A DNA stretch of 64,000 bases from Eledone cirrhosa (taxonomy: Eukaryota): the NCBI GenBank assembly GCA_964016885.1, contig OZ024765.1, positions 9,114,001 through 9,178,000 on the forward strand, given 5' to 3'. The position numbers and the translations under genes are program-made. Position 1 is the stretch's first letter. Each line of letters starts with the position of its first letter. Under the pieces are notes generated by a model. The model was not told the DNA's origin and searched no databases. It saw only the letters and a program-made list of their open reading frames with translations. Positions 39,534-53,768 of this stretch are shown here, in pieces.

Positions 39534-39963
39534 AAAGAGTCAGGACCCCGCCGGCTGAGCTCCGGCCGTTTCGACAGCTATATCTATATACACACACACA
39601 CATATATGTATATATATATATATAATATAATATAAGATCAAAAGTTAGTTACAAGAGTTCCAAGTATTTTATTATGCGCATTTCAAAATCAAATATCATC
39701 ATGGGATGATATATGTATATATATACATCGCAAACGTAATAATATATCATATATAAGAGAGAGAGTAGCTGTGTATGTATGTATATATATATATATATAT
39801 ATATATAAATATATATATATAAGCGTGTTCAAATATAGTTGTGTATAGATTTTGTCACTGTGTTTGTATATAGGCAAGTATAAAATATGTGTATGTAAGT
39901 GCGCGTATATATTTATATATATGCGTGTATACATAAATATGTTTGTATATATGTTTGTGTGTG

Positions 39964-40109
<146 letters not shown>

Positions 40110-40254
40110 TATATATATATTTGTGTATATATATATATATTTATATATATACATGTGTGTAGATAGTTAACACTGCTGTAAAGTATATGTTACTCATTCT
40201 TCCCAATAAGGCAATCTCTTAGAATTTTATACAACAATTTTAAACCACGCAGGA

Positions 40255-40319
<65 letters not shown>

Positions 40320-40718
40320 TACAGTGTGTGTCCCGAAGATGTATACACAAGAAAATCTTTTAAAAATGCATTAAAATAAATTCTATTTTATATGTTTAAA
40401 TTAGCATCGGTAGAACGTCAGACACCATGCTTTGCAGCATAGAGCTATGGCTATTTACGGTTTGAGTTCAAATCCAGCCGAGGTTAATTTTGACTTTCAT
40501 TCTTACTGGATCGATAAAATAAAGTACCACTGGGGATATTGCTGGCCTTGTGCCAAAAGTAGAAAAAAATATTTAAATTATGTAAACATTTGTGGGTGTT
40601 TACATACAGTTGAATTAAGTCTGTAGATCATTTTATTATCAGGAAAGGATGTGTATTTTAATAAATATGACCTGTACATGTAATTAAAGTGTGAATATAT
40701 TTGTCGGGGGTCACCCTC

Positions 40719-40764
<46 letters not shown>

Positions 40765-40811
40765 TATCTATATATATAATATATTATATATATATATATA
40801 ATATATTATAT

Positions 40812-40857
<46 letters not shown>

Positions 40858-40914
40858 TATATATATATATATATAATATATTATATATAATATATTATAT
40901 ATATAAATTATATA

Positions 40915-40969
<55 letters not shown>

Positions 40970-40970
<1 letters not shown>

Positions 40971-41265
40971 ATACTTTGGGAGGGTCATGTTGCCAATAAG
41001 AAACACACGCACCAGTTGCTTTCACTTCAATTTATTATAATAAATTTATAAATTTTCGGTTGGTTGGGTGGTTGGTTCCACAACCAGATGGTTGTTTATA
41101 TATTGTCAAAGTTCTTTCGTCACACATTCTGTGACCTCTTCAGTGACTGGGGGTTCTTTTCTTTGTTTTTTGTGCCTCTCCTTTGTTCTATCCTACGCCA
41201 TCTTCAATATCGGTTTCAACACACGTTTTCAGATAAAGAATCTTGCTAAACAAATTCAGAAACGA
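40970..41265 (-). mobile_element. Family-C element with minimal hammerhead at 41105-41148
   Basis: Minus strand: guca CUGAAGA g gucaca gaaug ugugac GAAAG aa CUU ugac. Confidence 0.6.
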
Positions 41266-41291
41266 AATATAATATATATATTATATATATA

Positions 41292-41348
<57 letters not shown>

Positions 41349-41456
41349 ATTTTATTTTTTTTAGTCGATCGACTTTCGTCAAATCGGACCGAGGAAACAA
41401 TGTTTCCGTCGGTCTTTCCAGTTGCTAATACTATCTATCGGTCGCAACTCCAGGTA

Positions 41457-41508
<52 letters not shown>

Positions 41509-41652
41509 TTAGGGTAAACATTGATGCACTCAATATACTTATTCCATAAAATAAAGTACCAGTAATGTACTGGGTAATTGATGGCCTTGTGCCTAAAGTA
41601 GAAACAATTCTTATTAAAAGACTTGTACATCTGAAACTACTTCGCTTTTCCT

Positions 41653-41692
<40 letters not shown>

Positions 41693-42294
41693 TATATTAT
41701 ATATATATATTAAATTCTGTGGATGAATTTATATCCTGATTCTCTTTTGAGATGAGTTTGAGTTATTTTTCCTACATCTTTCGTTAACTACTTTTCGCAT
41801 CTTGACGTTATAGTCGCATATATGTTATAGAATGCCGTTAGCTTCTTGCTAAAACAATCTCTATACCTCTCATTTATATATATATATATATATATATTCA
41901 TCATCATCATCATTTAACCTTGCATGGGTTTGGACGGGAGTTTTCCTACTTGAGGCAAGATTGGTCGTCTCGCTCGTGTAGGACTATCTGGTGGGTTTTC
42001 TACGGCTGGATGCCCTTCCTAACACCAACCATGTTTACAGTATGGACTGGGAGGTTTTTACCGTGTTACCTACATGGGCACATTACAGCGGGGACTGTGT
42101 TTTTTTGTCGTGACACCTACACGATCTCGATATCTCATTTATTATATATATATAATAATAATAATATTAGTTCCTGATTTAGGTACAACCCAGTGTATTA
42201 CTGGTACTTTATTTTATTGATCCCCCATAAGGATGAAAGGCAAAGTTAACCTCGGTGGGATTTGAACTCTGGGCCGTAACTCTATACTGCAAAG

Positions 42295-44515
42295 CATGGG
42301 TTAGACGGATTTGTCCCATTTAGAGACAAGATGGGTTGGGTGACCGTGTCTCGCTCATATAGGAGAGTTTCTGGTTGGTTTTCTATGGCTGGATACCCTT
42401 CCTAACACCAACCACATTTACAGTGTGGACTGGGAGCCTTTTTACTGTGTCTCCTACACGACCTCTTTACAGTGTGGACTGGGAGCCTTTTTACTGTGTC
42501 TCCAACAAGACCACTTTACAGTGTGGACTGGGAGCCTTTTTACTGTGTCTCCAACAAGACCACTTTACAGTGTGGACTGGGAGCCTTTTTACCGTGTCTC
42601 CTACAAGACCACTTTACAGTGTGGACTGGGAGCCTTTTTACTGTGTCTCCTACACGACCTCTTTACAGTGTGAACTGGGAGCCTTTTTACTGTGTCTCCT
42701 ACACAACCACTTTACAGTGTAGACTGGGAGCCTTTTTACTGTGTCTCCTACACAACCACTTTACAGTGTGGACTGGGAGCCTTTTTACTGTCTCTCCTAC
42801 ACAACCACTTTACAGTGTGAACTGGGAGCCTTTTTACTGTCTCCTACACGACCACCTTACAGTGTGGACTGGGAGCCTTTTTACTGTGTCTCCTACACGA
42901 CCTCTTTACAGTGTGGACTGGGAGCCTTTTTACTGTGTCTCCTACACAACCACTTTACAGTGTGGACTGGGAGCCTTTTTACTGTGTCTCCTACACAACC
43001 ACTTTACAGTGTGGACTGGGAGCCTTTTTACTGTGTCTCCTACACGACCTCTTTACAGTGTGGACTGGGAGCCTTTTTACTGTGTCTCCTACACAACCAC
43101 TTTACAGTGTGGACTGGGAGCCTTTTTACTGTGTCTCCTACACAACCACTTTACAGTGTGGACTGGGAGCCTTTTTACTGTGTCTCCTACACGACCTCTT
43201 TACAGTGTGGACTGGGAGCCTTTTTACTGTGTCTCCTACACGACCTCTTTACAGTGTGGACTGGGAGCCTTTTTACTGTGTCTCCTACACAACCACTTTA
43301 CAGTGTGGACTGGGAGCCTTTTTACTGTGTCTCCTACACAACCACTTTACAGTGTGGACTGGGAGCCTTTTTACTGTGTCTCCTACACAACCACTTTACA
43401 GTGTGGACTGGGAGCCTTTTTACTGTGTCTCCTACACAACCACTTTACAGTGTGGACTGGGAGCCTTTTTACTGTGTCTCCTACACAACCACTTTACAGT
43501 GTGGACTGGGAGCCTTTTTACTGTGTCTCCTACACAACCACTTTACAGTGTGGACTGGGAGCCTTTTTACTGTGTCTCCTACACAACCACTTTACAGTGT
43601 GGACTGGGAGCCTTTTTACTGTGTCTCCTACACGACCACTTTACAGTGTGGACTGGGAGCCTTTTTACTGTGTCTCCTACACGACCACTTTACAGTGTGG
43701 ACTGGGAGCCTTTTTACTGTGTCTCCTACACGGCCACCTTACAGTGTGGACTGGGAGCCTTTTTACTGTGTCTCCTACACGACCACTTTACAGTGTGGAC
43801 TGGGAGCCTTTTTACTGTTTCCTACACAACCACTTTACAGTGTGGACTGGGAGCCTTTTTACTGTGTCTCCTACACAACCACTTTACAGTGTGGACTGGG
43901 AGCCTTTTTACTGTGTCTCCTACACAACCACTTTACAGTGTGGACTGGGAGCCTTTTTACTGTGTCTCCTACACGACCACTTTACAGTGTGGACTGGGAG
44001 CCTTTTTACTGTGTCTCCTACACGACCACTTTACAGTGTGGACTGGGAGCCTTTTTACTGTCTCCTACACGGCCACCTTACAGTGTGGACTGGGAGCCTT
44101 TTTACTGTGTCTCCTACACGACCACTTTACAGTGTGGACTGGGGGCCTTTTTACTGTGTCTCCTACACAACCACTTTACAGTGTGGACTGGGAGCCTTTT
44201 TACTGTCTCCTACACGACCACTTTACAGTGTGGACTGGGAGCCTTTTTACTGTTTCCTACACGACCACTTTACAGTGTGGACTGGGAGCCTTTTTACTGT
44301 CTCCTACACAACCACTTTACAGTGTGGACTGGGGGCCTTTTTACTGTGTCTCCTACACAACCACTTTACAGTGTGGACTGGGAGCCTTTTTACTGTTTCC
44401 TACACGACCACTTTACAGTGTGGACTGGGAGCCTTTTTACTGTCTCCTACACAACCACTTTACAGTGTGGACTGGGAGCCTTTTTTCTGTCTCCTACACA
44501 ACCACTTTACAGTGA
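42295..44515 (-). repeat. SINE with internal 47/49-bp unit expanded to ~43 copies
   Basis: Unit cagtgtggactgggagcctttttactgtgtctcctacacaaccacttta. The SINE 3' part is at 42295-42420 (reverse). Confidence 0.9.
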
Positions 44516-44859
44516 GAGGGGAGTGAGAGGGGTGGTGCAACTCCCCTCTCACTCTCTCTCTCCCTTTCTCTTTCCTTTCTCCCCCTCTCTCTACCCCTCT
44601 CACTCTTTCTCCCCCCTCTTTCCTTTCCACCCCCTCTCTCCCCACCCCCTCCATTCTCTCACCACACCCCTCCCCTCTCCCAGTTGTTACATCATACATG
44701 TTCTGCTGGGTCACATTGACTACCAGAAGCACATAAAAAAAAGAAAAGTAGAACCCCCCCCCCCTCCTCTCAACTAAAACATGATAGACACTACCAAGTC
44801 CTACTTGATTGCCAGTGATGGTTGTAGTGTATATTACATTACACATGTAGCATCTACCA

Positions 44860-45512
44860 GAGAGAGAAGGGGAGAGACAAGAGGTAGAGAGAGAGAGAGA
44901 GAGTGACAGAGAGAGGTAGTGAGAGAGACAGACAGCCAGAGAGAGAGAGAAGTAGAGAGAGAGAGAGACAGACAGACAGAGAGATAAAGAGAGAGAGGTA
45001 GAGAGAGAGACGGACAGAGAGAGAGGTAGAGAGAGAGACATAGAGATAAAGAGAGAGAGAGGTAGAGAGAGAGTGACAGGGAGAGGTAGAGAGAGAGACA
45101 GACAGAGATAAAGAGAGAGAGAGGTAGAGAGAGAGTGACAGGGAGCGGTAGAGAGAGAGACACAGAGAGAGACAGATAGAGAGAGAGGTAGAGAGAAAGA
45201 CGGACAGAGAGAGAGGTAGAGAGAGAGACATACAGAGAGAGAGGTAGAGAGAGAGTGACAGGGAGCGGTAGAGAGAGAGACACAGAGAGAGACAGATAGA
45301 GAGAGAGGTAGAGAGAAAGACGGACAGAGAGAGAGGTAGAGAGAGAGACAGACAGAGAGAGAGGTAGAGAGAAAGACGGACAGAGAGAGTGACAGGGAGA
45401 GGTAGAGAGAGAGACAGACAGAGAGAGAAGTAGAGAGAGAGAGTGACAGAGAGATATAGAGAGAGAGAGAGATAGACAGCCAGAGACCGAGAGAGGTAGA
45501 GAGAGAGAGACA
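44860..45512. repeat. (GA)n-rich compound repeat
   Basis: gagagagaggtagagagagagacag-type units. Confidence 0.9.
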
Positions 45513-45572
45513 AACAAATATAATTATATATATATATACATACATATATATATATATATATATACATACATA

Positions 45573-45613
<41 letters not shown>

Positions 45614-47805
45614 ATAATTATATATTTATATATAATTTTTGGAATACTCTTGTAATTGAATATGGTAAGAAAGAGGTGTGTGAGTGTGTGTATATATGTA
45701 TGTATGTGTGTGTATATAGATATGTATGTGTGTGTGAGAGAATGTATGTATACATTTGTGTGTGTATATGTATGTATGTGTGTGAGAGAATGTATGAATA
45801 CATTTGTGTGTGTATATGTATGTGTGTATATATATGTATGTATGTGTGTGTATATATATGTGTATGTGTGTGTGAGAGAATGTATGTATACATTTGTGTG
45901 TGTATATGTATGTGTGTATATATATGTATGTATGTGTGTGTATATATATGTGTATGTGTGTGTGAGAGAATGTATGTATACATTTGTGTGTGTATATGTA
46001 TGTATGTGTGTATATATATGTATGTATGTGTGTGTATATATATATGTATGTGTGTATGTGTGTGTGTGAGAATGTATGTATACATTTGTGTGTATATATA
46101 TGTATGTATGTGTGTGTATATATATATATGTATGTGTGTGTTAGAGAATGTATGTATACATTTGTGTGTGTATATGTATGTATGTGTATATATATATATA
46201 TGTATGTATGTGTGTGAGAGAATGTATGTATACATTTGTGTGTGTATATGTATGTATGTATATATATATGTATGTGTGTGTGAGAGAATGTATGTATACA
46301 TTTGTGTGTGTATATGTATGTATGTGTATATATATGTATGTGTGTATATATATATGTATGTGTGTGTGTGTGTGTGTGAGAATGTATGTATACATTTGTG
46401 TGTATATATATGTATGTATGTGTGTGTATATATATGTGTGTGTGTGTGTGAGAATGTATGTATACATTTGTGTGTATATATATGTATGTATGTGTGTGTA
46501 TATATATATGTATGTGTGTGTGTGTGAGAATGTATGTATACATTTGTGTGTATATATATGTATGTATGTGTGTGTATATATATATGTATGTGTGTGTGAG
46601 AGAATGTATGTATACATTTGTGTGTGTATATGTATGTGTGTATATATATGTATGTATGTGTGTGAGAGAATGTATGTATACATTTGTGTGTGTATATGTA
46701 TGTATGTGTGTATATATATATGTGTGTGTATGTGTGTGTGAGAGAATGTATGTATACATTTGTGTGTGTATATGTATGTATGTGTGTATATATATGTATG
46801 TATGTGTGTGTATATATATATGTATGTGTGTGTGTGTGTGTGAGAATGTATGTATACATTTGTGTGTATATATATGTATGTGTATATATATATGTATGTG
46901 TGTGTGTGAGAATGTATGTATACATTTGTGTGTGTATATGTATGTATGTGTGTATATATATGTATGTATGTGTGAGAGAATGTATGTATACATTTGTGTG
47001 TGTATATATATGTATGTATGTGTGTGTATATATGTATGTGTGTGTGAGAGAATGTATGTATACATTTGTGTGTGTATATGTATGTATGTATGTGTGTGTG
47101 TATATATGTATGTATGTATGTGTGTGTATATATATATGTGTGTATGTGTGTGTGAGAATGTATGTATACATTTGTGTGTGTATATGTATGTATGTATGTG
47201 TGTGTGTATATATATGTGTGTGTATATGTATGTATGTGTGTATATATATATATGTATGTGTGTGTGTGTGTGAGAATGTATGTATACATTTGTGTGTGTA
47301 TATATGTATGTATGTATGTGTGTATATATATGTATGTGTGTGTGAGAGAATGTATGTATACATTTGTGTGTGTATATGTATGTATGTGTGTGTGTATATA
47401 TGTATGTATGTATGTGTGTATATATATGTGTGTATGTGTGTGTGAGAATGTATGTATACATTTGTGTGTGTATATGTATGTATGTATGTATGTGTGTGTG
47501 TATATATATGTGTGTGTATATGTATGTATGTGTGTATATATATATATGTATGTGTGTATGTGTGTGTGAGAATGTATGTATACATTTGTGTGTGTATATA
47601 TGTATGTATGTATGTGTGTATATATATGTATGTGTGTGAGAGAATGTATGTATACATTTGTGTGTGTATGTATGTATGTATGTGTGTGTGTATATATGTA
47701 TGTATGTATGTGTGTGTATATATATATGTGTGTATGTGTGTGTGAGAATGTATGTATACATTTGTGTGTGTATGTATGTATGTATGTGTGTGTGTATATA
47801 TATAT

Positions 47806-48272
47806 GTCGATCGATACAGCAACCTTGACAGTGAAATCTCACTTAGGATTAGGAAAGCAAGTGATGCTTTCGGAAAGCTAGAAAGGCGACTCTGGGGTCG
47901 GCGAGACATATGCAGGAGGACAAAGGTAAAGGTGTACAGGGCATGTGTGCTCTCTTGTCTTCTTTATGCCTGCGAGACCTGGGTCACATATCGACACCAC
48001 CTTAAGCAATTTGAGCGTTTCCATCAGATGTGTCTCAGACGGATCCATGGCATTCACTGGAGGGACCACATCAGTGATGTCGAGATTTTGGAAAGCTCTG
48101 TGTGTGACAGTATAGAAGCTCTTGTGCTTAAGCAATGACTCCGTTGGAGTGGTCACTTTGCCAGGATGAAGGATTCTAGAATACCAAAACAACTCTTTTA
48201 TGGAGAGTTAGTTAAAGGAAAACAACCGCCACATAAACCAAAAAAGAGGTATAAGGATTCCTTGAAAGCCTA
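47806..48272 (+). mobile_element. RTE (BovB-like) LINE C-terminal fragment with internal stop
   Basis: EISLRIRKASDAFGKL..TKVKVYRACVLSCLLYACETW..*LRWSGHFARMKDSRIPKQLFYGEL. Confidence 0.85.
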
Positions 48273-48299
48273 TACTCCAGTAAGTGTTAGGGTGCTCAA

Positions 48300-49450
48300 G
48301 ATAACATGAGTGAGTCACACCCCACTTACATGTAGCCCCTAAACTCCACTGAGTGCCCCAGATGAGATGAGGGAGTCACACCTTGCTTACATGTAGCCCT
48401 TACACTCCACTGAGTGTCCCAGATGAGATGAGGGAGCACACTTCACTCACATATAGCTCCTACACTCCACTGAGTGCCTCAGATGAGATGATGGAGTCAC
48501 ACTTCACTCACATATAGCTCCTACACTCCACTGAGTGCCCCAGATGAGATGAGGGAGTCACACCTCACTCACATATAGCTCCTACACTCCACCAAGTGCC
48601 TCAGATGAGATGGAGTCACACCTCACTCACATATAGCTCCTACACTCCACTGAGTGCCCCAGATGAGATGAGGGAGTCACACCTCACTCACATATAGCTC
48701 CTACACTCCACCAAGTGCCTCAGATGAGATGGAGTCACACCTCACTCACATATAGCTCCTACACTCCACTGAGTGCCCCAGATGAGATGAGGGAGTCACA
48801 CCTCACTCACATATAGCTCCTACACTCCACCAAGTGCCTCAGATGAGATGAAGGAGTCACACCTCACTCACATATAGCTCCTACACTCCACTGAGTGCCC
48901 CAGATGAGATGAGGGAGTCACACCTCACTCACATATAGCTCCTACACTCCACCAAGTGCCTCAGATGAGATGGAGTCACACCTCACTCACATATAGCTCC
49001 TACACTCCACTGAGTGCCCCAGATGAGATGAGGGAGTCACACCTCACTCACATATAGCTCCTACACTCCACCAAGTGCCTCAGATGAGATGAAGGAGTCA
49101 CACCTCACTCACATATAGCTCCTACACTCCACTGAGTGCCCCAGATGAGATGAGGGAGTCACACCTCACTCACATATAGCTCCTACACTCCACCAAGTGC
49201 CTCAGATGAGATGGAGTCACACCTCACTCACATATAGCTCCTACACTCCACTGAGTGCCCCAGATGAGATGAGGGAGTCACACCTCACTCACATATAGCT
49301 CCTACACTCCACTGAGTGTCCCAGATGAGATGAAGGAGTCACACCTCACTCACATATAGCTCCTACACTCCACTGAGTGTCCCAGATGAGATGAGGGAGT
49401 CACACCTCACTCACATATAGCTCCTACACTCCACTGAGTGTCCCAGATGA
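48300..49450. repeat. ~59-61-bp minisatellite (~19 units, partly alternating dimer)
   Basis: Unit cagatgagatgagggagtcacacctcactcacatatagctcctacactccactgagtgccc. Confidence 0.95.
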
Positions 49451-49572
49451 CGTTCTGGTGCTCTACCAAGTCAATCTTATGTAGTCTAAAACCCAATACT
49501 GACATTACTAAACAACAGGAGATCAAAAAATATTTAAATCAATAATTTATTGATCCTAACTATGAGTAACAC

Positions 49573-49621
<49 letters not shown>

Positions 49622-49792
49622 TTTATGAATATATATAAATAAATATACATTTATAAACGGAAAAAATGAAACAAAATTTCATTTCTCACTCTTTTATAAA
49701 TATATATATATGTATACATACAGAGAGATATATACATGCATTTAAGATATATATATATATATGTATGTATGTGTATATATATGTGTATATGT

Positions 49793-50010
49793 GAAGGCGT
49801 GTGGCTGAGTGGTTAGAGAATTGGATTCGCAATCATAAGGTTGTGAGTTCGATTCCTGGACCAGGCGATGCGTTATGTCCTTCAGCAAGACACTTTATTT
49901 CACGTTGCTCCTTCTACCTGGAGTTGCGACCGATAGATAGTATTAGCAATTGGAAAGACCAACGGAAACATTGTTCCCTCGGTCCGATTTGACGAAAGTC
50001 GATCGTCTTC
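49793..50010 (+). mobile_element. tRNA-headed SINE with a structured alternative 3' module
   Basis: A box tggctgagtgg and B box gagttcgattcc, then ttctacctggagttgcgacc...gacgaaagtcgatcg. The module also occurs at 34900-34985(-) and 41361-41459(-). Confidence 0.7.
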
Positions 50011-50014
50011 CTCC

Positions 50015-50056
<42 letters not shown>

Positions 50057-50363
50057 TTGTTTAACATCTGTTTTTCCACGCATGCATGGGTTAGATGGAT
50101 ATATATGTATGTGCATATATATATATACTATATATATATATATCATCATCATTTTATATCTGCTTTTCCCTGCTTGCAAGGGTGGGATGGGAACTGATTC
50201 TGACTTGATTTCTACAGCTGGATGCCCTTCCTAACACCAACCTCATTTACAGTGTGGGCTGGGTGCTTTTTTGCCGTGGCCCCTCCACGACCACTTTGGA
50301 GTGGAATGATAGGGACCCCAGTCCTATCATCTCATTTCTACAGCTGAGTAAACTGGAGCAATA

Positions 50364-50444
<81 letters not shown>

Positions 50445-50612
50445 GAGTCGAAGTCAGTGTTGCAGCATATGTACAAACTTTATTGACATATTACAATTGT
50501 TTTAATATCGATCAGCTCAGGGTACAATCAAAATACTCGCTTAATTAAAACATTGAGTAAATAAGAAAACAATTAAAGCTATCTTGGTCCTATCTGTGTG
50601 ACTTTGTTTCAG

Positions 50613-50754
<142 letters not shown>

Positions 50755-50829
50755 ATATATACTACTTTGATGCTAAACTCTGCCAGTTGCAGACTGCACA
50801 TCAACATGTGATATTTCTCTCCACAAAGT

Positions 50830-52110
50830 TTGATCACCAACAGCAGAGTTTAAAGATCAAGTCCAGTCCCTAGGTTGACATTATCAAGCCAAAGTTTTAA
50901 CTGCCATCCTCTGCTTCTCTTACCGGCCAACCTTCCTTCCAGGAATATATAATACCCTTCGATCACCAACAACAGAGTTTAAAGAGCAAAGATCAAGTCC
51001 AGTCTATAAATTGACATTGTCAAGCCATCGTTTTGGCTGCCGTCCTCTGCTTCTCTCACCAGCCAACCTTCCTTCCAGGAATATATAATACCCTTCGATC
51101 ACCAACAGCAGAGTTTAAAGAGCAAAGATCAAGTCCAGTCCATAAGTATCACATCGCTCTAGGTTTGGGCAGCTTTCAACAGGAACAAGGAAGTACTAAC
51201 ATCAAAACGAGTTTCCTACCATTTGAAGGCTAAGATCTTTGATACTTACATCCTACCAGTTGTGTTATATGGTCTTGACTGTGTTAATTGGACGAGGACA
51301 AGGTCACTTCAGAAGCTCTCTACATTCCAGAACCACATCATCAGACTTATGACTGGCAAGCAGCTTAGAAACTGTATCTGTATCAGTGAGCTGCTCAACT
51401 TTACCAGACTTAGACCAATTACATCAATTGTCAAGTCAAGAGTACTCAAACTATATGGTTATATAAAATGATCAACTTGTGGTGTGAGTAGGTTATGTCT
51501 GGAAGGAAGGAAGGTTGGCTGGTAAGAGAAGCAGAGGCCGGCAACCAAAACTGTAGCTTGATAATGTCAACTATGGACTGGACTTGATCTTTGCTCTTTA
51601 AACTCTGCTGTTGGTGATCAAAAGGTATTATATATTCCTGGTAGGAAGGTTGGCTGGTAAGAGAAGCAGAGGCCGGCAGCCAAAACTATAGCTTGATAAT
51701 GTCAACTATGGACTGGACTTGATCTTTGCTCTTTAAACTCTGCTGTTGGTGATCGAAAGGTATTATATATTCCTGGTAGGAAGGTTGGCTGGTAAGAGAA
51801 GCAGGGGTTAGCAGCCAAAACTATAGCTTGATAATGTCAACTATGGACTGGACTTGATCTTTGTTCTTTAAACTCTGCTGTTGGTGATCAAAAGGTATTA
51901 TATATTCCTGGTAGGAAGGTTGGCTGGTAAGAGAAGCAGAGGCCGGCAGCCAAAACTATAGCTTGATAATGTCAACTATGGACTGGACTTGATCTTTGCT
52001 CTTTAAACTCTGCTGCTGGTGATCAAAAGGTATTATATATTCCTAGTAGGAAGGTTGGCTGGTAAGAGAAGCAGGGGTCAGCAGCCAAAACTATGGCTTG
52101 ATAATGTCAA
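50830..52110. mobile_element. RTE-like LINE fragment (51150-51590) flanked by inverted arrays of a 135-bp unit from its own 3' end
   Basis: KAKIFDTYILPVVLYGLDC..KLYGYI. aaggttggct recurs at 51511, 51646, 51781, 51916 and 52051. Reverse copies lie at 50830-51142. Confidence 0.8.
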
Positions 52111-52444
52111 CTTATATATATATATACACATATCTTTTTTATTTGGTTATCGTGGCTCTAGATAAAGTCTGAGCTTACTTATTGAGAAACACAAAATTCT
52201 AACATATTTGATATGTTTTGATTCATCATTTGTATTTAATGGCTCCAAACTTCTTAACTTAACTTCTGGCTATAATCCCTGCTCCTATTTCTAGCGGAGT
52301 TATCGTCCACCTTGTGGATATCTATTTACCTGGGGTTTAACGTGATTACACCATGTGCTTCTCAGCATGATGGTCATGGTTGGACATAGTTGTAGATATT
52401 GGCAGGTATATTGTCTTATTTACCATCTTCTGGGGAAGTGTCAG

Positions 52445-52628
52445 TGATAGACACATTTTTCAAATACAGGTAGGATCTATAGAAGTGGTTGATAGCTTCT
52501 GGTACCTTTGTGATCAGATTAGCAGGGGGGGTGCTCCAAGGCCATAGTATCTAGAATAAGGACAGGATGGAAGAAGTTTAGGGAGCTGCTTCCTCTGTTA
52601 ATACCAAAGGGTTTCTTCCTACAAACAA
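52445..52628 (+). mobile_element. Fragment of the same RTE family as 21663-21840
   Basis: gatagacacatttttcaaat..gaagtggt.gatagcttc..gggagctgcttcctctg. Confidence 0.8.
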
Positions 52629-53768
52629 AAGTAGTCTATTAGTAGCTTTAGTAGACTATCGGTAGCATTAGTAGTCTGTTAGTAGCTTTAGTAGACTATC
52701 GGTAGCTTTAGTAGTCTGTTAGTAGCTTTAGTAGACTATTGGTAGCTTTAGTAGTCTATTGGTAGCTTTAGTAGACTATCGGTAACTTTAGTAGTCTATT
52801 AGTAGCTTTAGTAGACTATCGGTAGCATTAGTAGTCTGTTAGTAGCTTTAGTAGACTATCGGTAACTTTAGTAGTCTGTTAGTAGCTTTAGTAGACTATC
52901 GGTAGCTTTAGTAGTCTGTTAGTAGCTTTAGTAGACTATCGGTAGCTTTAGTAGTCTGTTAGTAGCTTTAGTAGACTATCGCTAGCTTTAGTAGACTATT
53001 GGTAGCTTTAGTAGTCTGTTAGTAGCTTTAGTAGACTATCGGTAGCTTTAGTAGACTATCGGTAGCTTTAGTAGACTATCGGTAGCTTTAGTAGTCTGTT
53101 AGTAGCTTTAGTAGACTATTGGTAGCTTTAGTAGTCTGTTAGTAGCTTTAGTAGACTATCGGTAGCTTTAGTAGACTATCGGTAGCTTTAGTAGACTATC
53201 GGTAGCTTTAGTAGACTATCGGTAGCTTTAGTAGACTATCGGTAGCTTTAGTAGACTATCGGTAGCTTTAGTAGACTATCGGTAGCTTTAGTAGTCTGTG
53301 AGTAGCTTTAGTAGTCTATTGGTAGCTTTAGTAGTCTGTTAGTGGCTTTAGTAGTCTATTGGTAGCCTGTTAGTAGCTTTAGTAGCCTGTTAGTAGCTTT
53401 AGTAGTCTATTGGTAGCTTTAGTAGTCTATTGGTAGCTTTAGTAGTCTATTGGTAGCCTGTTAGTAGCTTTAGTAGCCTGTTAGTAGCTTTAGTAGTCTA
53501 TTGGTAGCTTTAGTAGTCTATTGGTAGCTTTAGTAGTCTATTGGTAGCTTTAGTAGTCTGTTAGTAGCTTTAGTAGACTATTGGTAGCTTTAGTAGTCTG
53601 TTAGTAGCTTTAGTAGACTATTGGTAGCTTTAGTAGCCTGTTAGTAGCTTTAGTAGTCTATTGGTAGCTTTAGTAGTCTATTGGTAGCTTTAGTAGTCTA
53701 TTGGTAGCTTTAGTAGTCTGTTAGTAGCTTTAGTAGACTATTGGTAGCTTTAGTAGTCTGTTAGTAGT
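52629..53768. repeat. 20-bp minisatellite (~57 units)
   Basis: ggtagctttagtagactatc / agtagctttagtagtctgtt. Confidence 0.96.

Noticed and set aside
42472-44777. 500-680-aa ORFs in three frames (also 27140-28020, 31340-32106 and 62289-63374)
   Set aside because: Minisatellite translations from SINE or MITE internal repeats.
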